A stretch of DNA of 64,000 nucleotides from Rhizophagus irregularis (lineage: Eukaryota). The notes below the pieces were generated by a model that was given only the letters and a program-made list of their open reading frames with translations, made no database searches and had not been told where the DNA came from. Of this stretch, positions 26,716-40,110 are shown in pieces. The stretch's first letter is position 1; each line of letters begins with the position of its first letter. The stretch is from contig NC_089436.1 in the NCBI RefSeq assembly GCF_026210795.1, positions 124,001 to 188,000 on the forward strand. The letters run 5' to 3'. Both the position numbers and the translations under genes were made by a program.

Positions 26716-29700
26716 ATGGAGGTCATACCCTCCTCGTCTCGTTTGTTACTCTGGTTTATAACTTCATTATTTGTTCTACTATTGTCTAGAGGTGAGAAGC
26801 TTTTTGTCCCAGACTTTAATATTTTCTTTTTGAAGCAAAATTCGTTAACTCATTATACTCACATCTTAACCATTAAATTTAGCACATAGTGTGGTTCAGG
26901 AGCCCTTGACTTATTTGGAGTTTGTCACTAATCCTTCCATGGAAATACTCCCTAGGGATCGCTTTGAAAAAACATCAATAATTCGCAGAGATATATATGA
27001 TGATAGTTCATTGAGACACGATGATTCATTGCGAATTCAGTTTATTGCATTCAATCGTACGTTTAGCATTCACCTCGAACCTAATTTAGATTTATTTCAC
27101 CCAGAAGCAACAATTGTTATCCATCATTCTAATAATACTAAAACAACAACGAGACTAAGACCCGAAGACCACAGACTTTATAAGGGAGTCTTGCTGGACA
27201 TAGACTCAACTGACACCAGATTAAGCGAAGACACGATTGGACTGAGAAGGAGGAGCTTATCAGAGGAACTATCTTATTCATCAGGAGTTCTCGGATGGGC
27301 AAGAATCCAAGTTCATGATGATGGCGGGTATGCTAAAGTTTATTTTTATGAGAAATAGCTCAGAAGGATAGCACTATGAAAATTATTTCATACAAGTATG
27401 ATAATTCATAAGCCACAATTAATAAGCCACATAAAACAATTGAAGTTACTTGATAGTCTTTTACATTGATAACTTGCCTTTAATTGTTAATTTTTTTCCC
27501 TTTCTTTTTCTCCCTCTTTTTTGATATTTAGTGAATATTTATTAACTATATATATATATTTTTTTTATTCTTACTATTATTTAGTGTAACTCAGTATAGG
27601 TAAGTTGAAATTTCTGCTACGTATTAACTTAAAATAAATTCTAATTTTTATTTTATTTTGTAAAATGTAGCAAAAATAATAGACATCCTCTTTTTGAGGG
27701 AACATTTAGTTTAAATAATGAATTGTATAGTATAAAATCAACCGAAAATTTTAAGATAACTCAATTTAAAGATGATCCAGAAATACCCAATCCATCTGCA
27801 CGTCATCCTGTTCATCGATCGGCTACTATGGTCATTTATCGTGACTCGGACATTAAAAATACTAAAAGGTCATTGCAAGACGAAAGTCTTGTAGGGTCTT
27901 GTGCAATGGATGATATTGTTAGCGTTGAAAATAGACGTCGCGATCGGATAATTGGATCTAATGATTGGAAATCCGGCCAATTAAAACCATGGTGGAATAC
28001 TTTTTCAATTGGAGATCATACATTGACGAAAAGAGACCTTACCGGTTGTCCTACTGGTAGAAAAATTGCTTACATGGCATGTATAATTTAATTATATAAT
28101 TCTAATTTGATCGTGTTCTCATCGGAAATATAATCTTTGATTTATTTATAGGGAGCGGCTGCTGATTGTACTTATGGTTAGTAAAAGTTTTTGCATTTAT
28201 ATGTACGTAATTATCGTTTTATAATTTTAATATTAACGTAGTTACTAAATAAAAACTAATAAAATTACAGTCACTAATTATAACTCCCCTGATGCTGCTC
28301 GAAAACAAATTCTTCAGGATTGGGGCACTGCCTCAGCCGTTTATGAAAAAACTTTTAATGTGACTCTCGGTCTTATTAAAATTGAGATCCTAAACAAAAA
28401 TTGCCCCACAACTCCCGATCCTGCATATCCATTTAATCGACTATGTGACGAAAGTTATACTATAAACGATCGTCTTAACGACTTTAGCGGGTGGAGGGGT
28501 AAAACTCGTAAGTAACAAAATTTATGTCTTTTTAAGATATATTTGTATATATATTTAAAGTATCTATTATTATTAAAAGCTGATGATGGTGCGAGTTTAT
28601 GGCATCTCATGTCCAAATGCAAGTAAGTTAAATCAATATTTTTTATTAAAATAAATAAATATTTTAATGGTTTAACTTAATACGTTTTATAAATATTAGT
28701 ACTGGTACTAAAGTCGGTGTTGCATGGTTGGGACAATTATGTCAAACGAAAGCAACTCAACAAGGTAAAGTAGTAATAATGATAATAATTTTATTAAATT
28801 AGCTGATTTTAATATTGATTCTATATTGTGTTATCTTTACAGATCAAGGTCAGTTAGGAAAGGCAACTGTATCTGGTACTGGTGTTTCTACTATTGTCAA
28901 AGATGAATGGAAGGTTGTTGCACATGAAGTTGGTCATGGATTTGGTAATTATAAGTTATTGCTTTAGAAATGTCAATTTGTTTTATATTTAAATCATTGA
29001 AAAAATTATTGTTGATTTAACTTAGGTGCTATTCATGACTGTCTTAATGAAAATTGTCCTTGCAATAATTGTGGCTGTTGTCCATTGAGTAGTACAGTTT
29101 GTAGTGCTAATAATCAATATCTAATGAATCCAACAAGTAACGTGGTTACTGATCAATTCAGGTATTTTGATTATGATTAATCAAATTTTATTAAGATTTT
29201 TATAATAACTCAGATAACTTTGATTTTCGACATAGTCCATGTTCAATTACTGATATATGCCAAGCTCTTCCAAATATTGGTGGTTGTCTTGAAGGTTTGT
29301 GACTCAATAAACATGTACATATTTTATTACATAAAATTTCTGAAATTAGTTTGATATTAAAATATAGATCCCGGCACCAAATCCATCCTTAGTCAATCTA
29401 TGTGTGGCAACGGATTGAAAGAAGACAATGAAGAATGCGATTGTATGTTATAGCTTTAGATTATTATGATGTAAATCTAAATTATGATTAACAAAGTTAC
29501 AGTACTCATTAGATTTTTAATTTTAAAACATATGTATAGGTGGTACTAGTGACGATTGTGCCAATGACCCCTGTTGCGACGGTGCAACATGTAAATTGAA
29601 GAGTAATGCAGTTTGCGCGTAAGTAAATAATTTTCATATATCTAATATATAGTAATTTGATTTAGTCAATTTATTAATATGATTATATTGTTCCATTAGT

Positions 29701-30934
29701 GACAAGAACGATATGTGTTGTAGAAATTGTCAATATAAACCTGCTAATGAGATTTGCCGGCCTGCCGGTTCAAATAATTGTGACATTTCTGAAGTTTGTA
29801 GTGGAACATCTGGAGTTTGTCCACCTGATAAACATGTTGAAGATGGAACCACCTGTGCACCTAATCTTGCATGCGCCGGAGGTCAATGTACATCCAGAGA
29901 TAATCAATGCCTTTTACGTGGTAGTCGCATGGGTATTACGAAAGCTTGCTCAGCTTTATCCGATACATCTTGCACTATAAGTTGCGCTAATCCGAATGAT
30001 ACAAATTCATGTCTTCAAATGAGCGGGTATTTCGTGGATGGTACTCCGTGTGGGTTTGGAGGAAAATGTAACAAAGGACAATGTGACAGTGGGTCTATAG
30101 GTAAGTGTATTTATTATATATATGTGACCACAGCACGAAAGATTTCACGATTATTTTTAATACTTTCAATATAACTAGGTAATACTCTTTCAAGCTGGTT
30201 TAATCAAAATAAAAAAATTGCAATTCCAATTGTGGCAATAATAGGATCACTTTTGTTATGTTGGTACGTAAATAGAATATCTTATGAATCACTATTCATA
30301 CCATTCATATATATTATTAAACTACTTACATAATTAATTACTTTCTATTTGTAGTTTAATACAGTGCGCATATCGCTGCTGTAAAAGGCGACGACCTCAA
30401 ACGTCAAAACTACGTGTTCCTTCTCTACCTCCAGATGATAGATATTCAAGTTCAAATAATTATAGTAATTATAATTATAATAATAATTACGGTAATAGTT
30501 ATAACACACACAATGGTAGTAATTGGGTTGATCCAACACCATATAACGGTTATGAGGGAAGATCCGCACCACCTATGCCAACACCAACACCAGCACATCA
30601 ACAGCAACGTTCACGTTCTCCAGATTATACATATGCTGGAACAGGTCTAATACACCCACTACCGTTACAATCATCTCAAAGACCAACTGTATTTGACAGA
30701 TCTCAAGTATCTCCTGTGTCTCCTGTGTCTCCACGTTCAATGAATTTAAGATCACCAAGTTCGCCTAGCTCACCAAATTCAAATTCATCACGAAATCAAT
30801 TTGTGGATGAAACTCTATATAATGGACAAAGGACTTATAATTATCCGATTTCGGATGAAACTCTATATAATGGACAAAGGACTTATAATTATCCAACGAA
30901 CAATGATCGTCAATATCCATATAGACGTCAATAG
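26716..30934 (+). CDS. ADAM-family (M12B) disintegrin metalloprotease, multi-exon
   Basis: Signal peptide, prodomain (FIAFNRTFSIHLEPN), AAADC, zinc motif HEVGHGFGAIHD, Met-turn YLMNP, CGNG..E..EECDC disintegrin/Cys-rich region, TM segment, Pro/Ser/Tyr-rich tail. Confidence 0.93.
30805..30894 (+). repeat. Perfect 42-nt duplication (48-nt period) in the ADAM cytoplasmic tail
   Basis: GGATGAAACTCTATATAATGGACAAAGGACTTATAATTATCC at 30805 and 30853 (DETLYNGQRTYNYP x2). Confidence 0.95.
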
Positions 30935-31295
30935 CTAATATAAGAACTTAATTAACAAATATAATAGAAATTCCTTATCCCCCCCTTTTTTCAATCATTG
31001 TATTTGTACAGTATATTCCCAGTTTCACATATTACGATATTACATGTAGAAGAATTTTTTTTTCTCGCATTATATATATTCCTTTTTCAATTTAATTATT
31101 ACTTAATTACTTGGGTATCGGAGTACAACCAATATTTTTATTTTTTTAAAAAAAATATTTTTAAAATTAATTTATAAAAGCTCGTCTTTTATACTATTAT
31201 TATAATTATAATTATGTAATTTAACAAAAAATGCAAATGTTTAAGAATAGACTGAAATTTTAAAAATGATTGGTTAATAAAATTAGATCATATGA

Positions 31296-32762
31296 ATGAT
31301 CGACAGATTAAATACGTTTTCAATTGTTCATATAATGCTTCCAAAAGAATGCATCAAGGATATATTTGAATCGATATATGATGATTACAAAACTTTATAT
31401 TCATGTCTATTAGTAAATCGGTTGTTCTGTAGAATTATTGTTCCAATCTTGTGGAGAAATACTTGGTATTTCGGGTACAACGATCATATCATAATTAGTC
31501 TATCAAGAACGTATTTTTCATGTTTAACAGATGAATCAAAGGAACTTATCAAGAATAACAACATAGATATTTCTCCACCAACGCAACATTCGCCTTTATT
31601 TAATTATATTGAGTACTGCCAGTATATATATTTACAACAAATACGATGCATGTCGCATGCAAAACTTTTACAAGAAGAATTCATTAAATTATTTTTGACC
31701 AGATGTACAAAAATAGTTCATCTGGATTTCCCTTATTGTCCACGTGGAATTGAAAATATTTATTTGAGTTCAAGCCTTTCGCATTTGTGTGAATTACATT
31801 GTGATACCATCACATCATCAGAATTTTTTTTTGAACTTTCCAAAACGTGTCATAAGATACAAAGGCTTTACATTAGTACATGTGATGATGATATCGAAGG
31901 GTTGGCAACTTTAATAAAAGTACAACATGAATTACAATTTGTTTATTTGAGATCTGATGACAGTCAAGGAGTACAAAATGAGAGAATCGGAGAAGCATTG
32001 GCGATACAAGCGAACACTTTAATGCATGTACGATTTTGTGGTCAAATATGTATTCCATATAATGCTTTCTATTCTTTCATAAATCTGAAAAGATTGGAAT
32101 TGGAATTATTTGAAGAAATTGATGCAAGATTATCAGATGCGGCTTATTTTCCTAAATTGAAAGTGTTGGAAATTAAGTATAATAAATTGACACCATTTGA
32201 AGTTTACACAAATCTCATTGGGAAAACTGAAGGTACTCTTGTTAGGATTCATTGGAATTATATTAATACTCCGCCTACGACTTTATCTTTACGTAAATAT
32301 ATTCAAACGGTCATTAATAATTGTCCAAATCTTGAATTCGTAACAATCTGGTATCAAGATTCAATACTAGATGATTTAAAACAACTATTGATTTCTAGCT
32401 TAAAATTAAAAGGACTTAAAATAATATTTTATTGTACATCTGACATAGACAAATTATTCAATTTGTTGGCAGATAAAGCTCCTCTTTCTTTAACAATTTT
32501 ATGTTTGGATGAAGTAAATTATTACCATAATTCTTTATTATCAATTGAGAATTTGGATAAATTATTAAAGATGTGGATTGATAGACCACCACTTTTATTA
32601 TATATTTGGAGTCAATTAAGACAAAGTTTAGAACTATTAAAAGTCATGGACGGTTATCTTAATGATGATGTGCTGAATGATTTTGATTATCTTTATTCTT
32701 TGGATTGTGTAGAGGTAATAAGAAAATCTTGGGAAATTGAAATACCTTATGGATATATTTAA
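31296..32762 (+). CDS. F-box-like / RNI-like leucine-rich repeat protein (intronless)
   Basis: LPKECIKDIFE...TLYSCLLVNRLFCRIIVPILWRN F-box-like start, PLFNYIEYC motif and LRR-like periodicity; the true start may be the MLPKE Met. Confidence 0.8.
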   Translation: MIDRLNTFSIVHIMLPKECIKDIFESIYDDYKTLYSCLLVNRLFCRIIVPILWRNTWYFGYNDHIIISLSRTYFSCLTDESKELIKNNNIDISPPTQHSPLFNYIEYCQYIYLQQIRCMSHAKLLQEEFIKLFLTRCTKIVHLDFPYCPRGIENIYLSSSLSHLCELHCDTITSSEFFFELSKTCHKIQRLYISTCDDDIEGLATLIKVQHELQFVYLRSDDSQGVQNERIGEALAIQANTLMHVRFCGQICIPYNAFYSFINLKRLELELFEEIDARLSDAAYFPKLKVLEIKYNKLTPFEVYTNLIGKTEGTLVRIHWNYINTPPTTLSLRKYIQTVINNCPNLEFVTIWYQDSILDDLKQLLISSLKLKGLKIIFYCTSDIDKLFNLLADKAPLSLTILCLDEVNYYHNSLLSIENLDKLLKMWIDRPPLLLYIWSQLRQSLELLKVMDGYLNDDVLNDFDYLYSLDCVEVIRKSWEIEIPYGYI

Positions 32763-33603
32763 TGAATACCTTATATTAGTTAAAAGTTTGAAATAAAGTT
32801 TAAAATTATTTAAACGAATTGGTAAATGAAAAAGCATTAAAAGAAATGTAATATTGATATAACTTCTTTTCACATGTAAAATACCTTTCTAGCCAGTACA
32901 TATAAGATTCAACTAATGTACTGTACATTATGCCAATTTAGATATATAAAGATCTTATTAATATAAATACAAATACTTAATAGTAGGAATGTTTGAATTT
33001 ACCCACTATGGCCTATCAAAATATTCTTTTGCTTTTAATCTTTAAAATAAATATAATTATACCAATATATTAATTTTAGTATCAGTTATTTATAAATGAC
33101 GCCTGATAAAATTATTGGACATTTCATATTATCCCCTGATCGGCACCATTTACACGATTATGCAAATGTAGTAGTTATACCTACTGGGTAGCTAATTTTA
33201 TATATATTTATTTATCCGTTTCTAGGAAATTTTGCACTATTAATTATACTATAATGGACTGATTTGAAAATTTGAGTAATTCGGAAAGATTTGCTTCTTT
33301 TAATTTATTTGTAATCTCAATATTATTTTTCAAGTATAATAGAAGCTTTTTAAAATTTAAAAAATTTATTTTTTTAAAATCTTTTAAAAATGAAAAAAAA
33401 ACCAAGCAAAAGAAAAATAAGATTCAACAATAAAATACTCACAATATACTATAAAACACTTATTATTGTGTAAATGGCAGGGGATAAGTAATACTTATAC
33501 TGTATTTGTAAATTGTAAAAAAATGGTCAATCTCTTATATAATGAATAAGTAAAATTTAATATCAAAAATTTATAATTTTTGTTAACAATTTTTACCCTT
33601 TAT

Positions 33604-36319
33604 TTAATCCAATAATTTACTACCTTCATTTAACCACCAATTAACACCAACATTTTTTTTAGTATAATCAATTTCATTACTAAGTACATCAAATAAAACT
33701 TTTTGTAAAGCAAATAATCCAATATTGCTATTACTTTTAATTTCATTTTCTTTTTCTTGTTTAAAAAACTCTTTAATTTTTGTTAGTAAATTTTCCATAA
33801 ATATTAAATTAATAGATTTAATTTGATCTATTAAAGTTAAAAGTAAATGACCTTTTTTTAAATATAATATTGCTTTAACTAAATTTTCTTGTTCATCTTG
33901 TTTTTTTTGTTCAAATACTTTTAATTTTTGATTTATTTGTTCTTGTTGATTTATTAATTGTTGTTCTAAATCTTTATTTGTTGTATTTTGTGAAATTGAA
34001 CCTAATAAAAAAAAATAAACAATCTTTAATATTTAATATTTTCTTAAAAAAAAAAACTAGTTATTCTTATAAAATATTAATTACCAGTATTAGGATTACT
34101 AATGCTTTCAATTTTTTTTATAAGTATATCTAGACATAACCAAACTAAAGTATCATCAATATCTGATAATGATTTTAAAACAGCTGTATAAGCAATTCTA
34201 AGTTGTCTAATATCGATTTTTGATGGATACATCTACAAAATTAAAATAAATTAATTTGTATTTATCTTTTTTAAAAAGAAAAAAAATCCCTATATTACTT
34301 ACTGATAATATATAATTACAATAATATAAACTTAATTCTTTAATAACTCTTTTCTGATTATAAAATATTGATAATATAACAGCATTTGCTGATTCAAATA
34401 TATTATCATCATCATTGTTCAACAAAATTCTGTAAATCCAATTATTTAATTATTAAGAATAATTTTTTTTTAAGAAAAAATAAAATCATTTTTAAGAAAG
34501 GATACTTGTCAAATGCTGGTAATATATGATTTTCCAAATAATTATCATCTAATACTTTAATAACTTGTTCAATAACAAGTAAATAATAAACGACTCTACA
34601 TTTTTCATGAGGTTTATAAACATTCATATCTAATTCAATATTTTTTATAATATCAATCATTTCTCCTGAATTATTATTTACAATTATTTGATTTAATATA
34701 TTAAAAAATACTTTTTTATATACTGAAAATCCATATAATGAAAATTTTGATGTTATAAAATATAGGTAAGAGTATGCCAATAAAATCATCATTCTTTCTA
34801 CAAAGTAATAAACTTTACTTTAAAATTACAAGATAAATATATTAAAACATATATTTGTATATTTTTAACTTACCTTGATTTTCAAAAATATGTGGCTCAA
34901 ATAATGATCTATCAGCAATGGACTTAAATATCATTGTAATTGTAAATAAAATAAACTTAAAAACTTGCCAAAGGAGTTTCATATTTTCTTTATTTTCAGG
35001 TTCTACATAATAAAATAATTTCAGTTAAATTAAAAAATATGGCAATTTAAATTTTTATATATATTTACCTAAGGAATCTTCTTTTGTTAAACTAAGCGTA
35101 GGAGACTCATCCCATGTTTTATATAGATTAATGGAAAATTTATTAATCCTAATTAAATTTTTTGTAAAAAGTCAGTAAGAAATATAAAATAATTTTCTTT
35201 CATAGATTTACAATACCTTAAAAGTAAAGAAGAAATATCATTATTGTTGACAATTTGAGTTAATTTTGATATTGCCAATGAAATTTTTGATAGCTCCTTG
35301 AAAAATATGTCGTTAACTTTTTCTTCAAGAACTTTAAACGACTTAGCCTTTTTTTACTTAATAGTATTAATAATTATATAATAAAGAACTTTAAAAAACC
35401 AAAATATTTATATTCACTTACATTCCAACTCTGATTTTTAGTTATATCTTGTTCAATTTCATCAAGAAATTTTCCATCTTGAAATAATCGAGGATTTTCC
35501 AACACAACACTCATCAACAAATGCATCAATCTTGTCTAGTATAAACAAAAATTAATAATTTTGTCATAATTAAGTTAACTTATATCTATTACCTTTGAAT
35601 TTAATTCTCGCAATTGTGCTATCGAAATGAACGAAATACATTGTGCACATATATATGTTATAGTTTCTTTCTTTGCATCTAAATTAAAAAGACAAAATAA
35701 TTAACATATTTAATTTTATGGTACATCTTTTAAAAAAAATTATTATTTTACCTTCATTGACTTGATCAACTATAGAATCAATACTTTTCAGAAAAGCATT
35801 TTCTACTTCAGAGATAAGTTCACCGATTTTTTTTCTTTTTTTATTTGATTTCAAAAGTTGATACCCATTCCTATGAATTTTTTTAATAAAAAAATAAAAT
35901 AAAATATTGTTTATTTTCAAGTCTTGCTTATAAATCAACTGGTAGCTGATGGCCACTATTCACACAAAATAATCCAATTTAACATAATTTTATAATTACA
36001 AGAAACCAGCCAAACCAACAAATCCTAAGAAATTATTTTCATATTCAAATACACTCAGTAAAGCTCTAACCCATTCAACTTTATCACTTTTCCAAAGTCG
36101 ATTATCATTAAGTTTTTTATTACTTGTGTACTGCAACATATAAAATATTGCCAATCCTTTATTAAAAGTATACTCTTTATCAATTTCATTTTCAGAAGAA
36201 ATAAAATCTTTTAAAATATCCTTAATAAATGAAAGAGATGATGAAGAATTTAGAAGTATTTTTGAAATACTTGCATGAGGCCCTCTATAAAAATTAGTGG
36301 TTTGTAAAGTTGTTGACAT
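33604..36319 (-). CDS. PEX8: Peroxin Pex8-like protein, multi-exon
   Basis: Spliced model contains IFESANAVILSIF, YPSKIDIRQLRIAY, LLLTLIDQI and C-terminal DYTKKNVGVNWW, matching motifs I recall for fungal Pex8. Confidence 0.7.
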
Positions 36320-36500
36320 AGTTGAGCAGAAAAGAGTATTTTAGATCGGTGAGCATTTTTTTTAAAAAATCTGTAATCACGTGAAATTTGTGTCTAACAT
36401 AATTTTGCACGTGATGTCGTGTTAAACATATAAAAGTGATCTTTCCCAAAAAGATCTTGCATTAATTTTTACGTGACTGACTTTATTGACCATATTGACC
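36320..36500. promoter_or_regulatory. Putative bidirectional promoter PEX8/AMT1 with E-boxes
   Basis: ~181 nt between divergent ATGs; TCACGTGA at 36377, CACGTG at 36408 and a near-match TACGTGA at ~36470. Confidence 0.5.
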
Positions 36501-37932
36501 ATGTCAAAAAACGAAACATTAACGTCACCAATAGCTGCTAACAACGAAACTTGTTTTGCATACCCTTTTGAAGCTGGTTGTACTACTAACCATTCTTCTA
36601 ATAATTTATCAAAAGACTCCTCGTTAGACGCAAGGTTAATAATTCTTTTAGAGAAGGAAACAGAATTAAAACTACAAATTGATGAATTAATAGAAGAAAT
36701 TACGAATTTAGAAGCAATTACAAAAAATAGAAGTAGAAGTAATGGTGTTAATGAAGAAGATAAAGAAACAAAAAAGAATGAATTAAAGAAAGAAATTGCC
36801 GAAGGTATGAATTTTTAAGCATTTTGACTTTATTGATTTAGAATTTTGAAATGATTAACGTTAGAATTTACAATATATCTATACTAATTTTATATAATTA
36901 CAGAGATTTGTTGGGAAGATTTTGAAGCTCCGGAATGGTGCGTACCTATTAAAGCTGATGTATTAACATTTGAATGGGACGTAAGTACCAAAATACAAGA
37001 TATTCAAAATTTTAGAATTCTCTTTTACGCGTTTTCTATAACTAATTCTCGTCCACAAATAGGAATTTGCTAAAGAATGTCAATTTGATGTAATTTTAAT
37101 GGATCCACCATGGCAATTAGCGACACATGCTCCAACACGCGGTGTAGAGTATTATATGAATTCTCTTATCATTCTTTCTTATAGCATCAAGTGAATGACG
37201 GATTTTAAAGGTTCGTGTAATTGTTCTCACCAAACAAAGTTATTATCTTTTATTTTTTTTTCTTTTGTATATATGTATTTTATAAAGGTAGCTATAGCCT
37301 ATCAACAATTACCGGATGTTTGTATCGAAGAATTGCCAATTCCTAAATTACAGAAAAATGGATTCTTGTTTATCTGGGTCATTAATAATAAATATTCTAA
37401 GGCATTCGAAATGATGAAAAAATGGGGCTACACGTAAGTTGAGAATGTGATTTAATTTTTTTATTTGTGATTCACTTTGTCACGTTATTTCTAAATTTAG
37501 GTACTGCGATGACATCACATGGGTTAAGCAAACGGTGAATAGAAGAATGGCCAAAGGACATGGATTTTATCTACAACACGCGAAGGAAACATGTTTAATG
37601 GGAAGAAAGGTAAGAGATTTCTATGTGTTTTACTCTTATTTTATTGATTAATTTTGTTGAACCATTTTAATAGGGAGAAGACCCTCCGGGATGTAATCAT
37701 TCGATTTCTTCGGATGTGATATTTTCAGAACGACGAGGACAAAGTCAAAAACCCGAAGAATTATATGAAATGATTGAAGAGTTGGTCCCAAATGGTAACG
37801 TTTATTATCCATTAGAAACTTCTTTTTCTTCATTATTTATACAATATGCATTTTTTAGGAAATTATTTGGAGATATTTGGACGTAAAAATAATTTGAGAG
37901 ATTACTGGGTAACTATAGGAAATGAATTGTGA
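36501..37932 (+). CDS. AMT1: MT-A70 family N6-adenine methyltransferase, AMT1/MTA1 clade (DNA 6mA), multi-exon
   Basis: APEWCVPIKADV, FDVILMDPPW catalytic motif, APTRGVAIAY, GFLFIWVIN, RMAKGHGFYLQHAKETCL, RGQSQKPEE, YLEIFGRKNNLR..WVTIGNEL*. Confidence 0.88.
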
Positions 37933-39883
37933 AGCTTGTATGATTAAAGAATTTAGATTTATTTGCAATATTTCTCATGTCAATAAAGGAATTTACTTCA
38001 CAATTACATTAATAAGTTTCTAATATTATACAAAATTATAGTTTATTTATCTTCGTGAAATTATTTTAAGATAATAATATTTTGTGAAGTAAAATATTTA
38101 ATATAAATAAAATTCGGTAAAATTTTTCATTATTAAATATTTATACTTGTATCTCTTACTTGTACCTCTTATTTCTAATTCTCTCTCCTTCCTCAAAGAT
38201 ACAACTTCAATTCCATTATTTCCAGAAATAATAACAATAATCTACTTGTTACATATAAACGTAAATTTACGATCACTATTGTTTTAATTCTATTGGCATC
38301 GAAACTTTATATATTTATCGCCTTGATAAAGTTGATTTCACCGATTTATCCCTTATTCTATTGGGTGGTAATACCATAACATAAATTTGTTATACTGAAC
38401 CAAAGTTTCCTGAATTTTTTTATAATTAATTACTCTAGTTATACTAAATTTTCATAAAAAATGCCAATCCAGTATATTTTCTACAAATAGTCATGTGACT
38501 ATATATTAATTCTAGAAAATTTATGTTAAGCAAAATTATAATTCTGGCTAGTACTACAAATTTAGCCTAAATTACCTAGAACAAAAACTAGTTCAGTATA
38601 TAATGAATTCACTTTATACTAAACTAAACATTCTAAAACAAAGGTTTATTATCTGTTATTATATCATTTAATATTAAATTATTTATTATATTTGATATAA
38701 AATTTAAGATTTATGCAGAAATTTTTTTTACACGTGCTTTTAGGATTTCCCAGATGGGAAAATTTTATTATTATGGGAACTTACTTAGCCATTTTATTTT
38801 ATTCTAATTTAATCTGAATTTGATATTAACCAATTAAAGATAATATAAATTAAATTATTTATTTTTTTTAAGCAAAATTCATTAATTTATTATAATTATG
38901 ATACTAAAAGTTTATATTTAACAATAAAATTAAGATAATTAAAAACTTTTAGAACTTTAAAAATTTAAAATTTTACAAATCTAAACCAGTAACTTTATTT
39001 TTGAAACAAGTATTATTAAACTACCAGTCAGATTTTTAAATAAAAAAGTTATTAATAACTTTTAAAATTGAATAATTTTCATATAAATAACTCCAATTTG
39101 AAATAAATTGCACTAATAAGTATAATTTTATTAGTTAAAATTTTTTATAATTTGGATTAAAATTGTAATTTTATAGTATTATTATAATTAAATATTTTTA
39201 AGAAAAATAATAAATAATAAAAATTTATTATAAACAATAAATTTTAAATAATCAATTATCTTTTTTTTTTATTAAAATATGTTTTATAATTTAAAATGCA
39301 TCTTATTATTCAAAATATAATATTTTTACATACTATTTATATGTAGTATTAATAATACTAAATTGAATTATTTAATAAAACCAAATAGTTTAGACATTTA
39401 AAATTAAATAACAAAATATTAAAATTACATTTTTTATAGATTTCCATAGATTTTTAATTATAATAATAATTACTTATTTTTTTAAAAAAAATTACCTTTA
39501 AAAGGAGCAGGTATTTTTTATCAATGTACTAAATGCAAAGGTAGATATATCTCATGAGTATCTTATAAAATTATTATATATAAATTTTTATTAAAATATA
39601 ATTTTTTTTTTATTTATTTTTTTATTTTAAGAATATTTTTTAATTAAAATACTGATTATTTAAGCAGTTATGTTTAGGCATTAGAACTGTTGATCAATAG
39701 TTAAACCCAACTATTTACACTTTTTAAGTCTTGGATGGAATAACATTTTCTATATTAGAGTCCCACTTACTTATAATAAAAGTCACATAGAAAATTAACC
39801 TTTTATTACTTTTCCTTAAATTCTATTAATTAATTAGTTAAAAAGAAAAAAAATCATAATAATATAACATAAAATTTTCTTTT

Positions 39884-40110
39884 AGGCGACACAAAGTGGT
39901 AAAAATAGTTTTCATAGTCCGGCTGGGTCAGTTTTGTTAAATCTTAAAAAAAATTTTTTTATATTATTACTATATCAGGTGAGAATTTTTTAAAAATTGA
40001 AAAAAATTTTGCATATAAAATTCTTGAAAAAAAAAATTAAAAGCTGGGTTGCCGGGTTATTGATGAAATTTTTATATTATAAAAACTATAAAATCAAGTT
40101 TGTATGGCTT
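39884..40110. mobile_element. Degenerate non-autonomous TIR element (MITE-like)
   Basis: Left end AGGCGACACAAAGTGG...ATAGTTTTCATAGT aligns with the reverse complement of the right end (about 24/35 by eye); absent from the paralogous block at ~41278-41440. Confidence 0.5.

Noticed and set aside
33604..33625. PTS1 signal on Pex8
   Set aside because: SKL is present but followed by LD before the stop, and I found no splice or readthrough route that exposes it.
38390..38602. Possible MITE with TATACTGAAC inverted ends
   Set aside because: Only ~10 bp of inverted match in very AT-rich DNA; not enough support.
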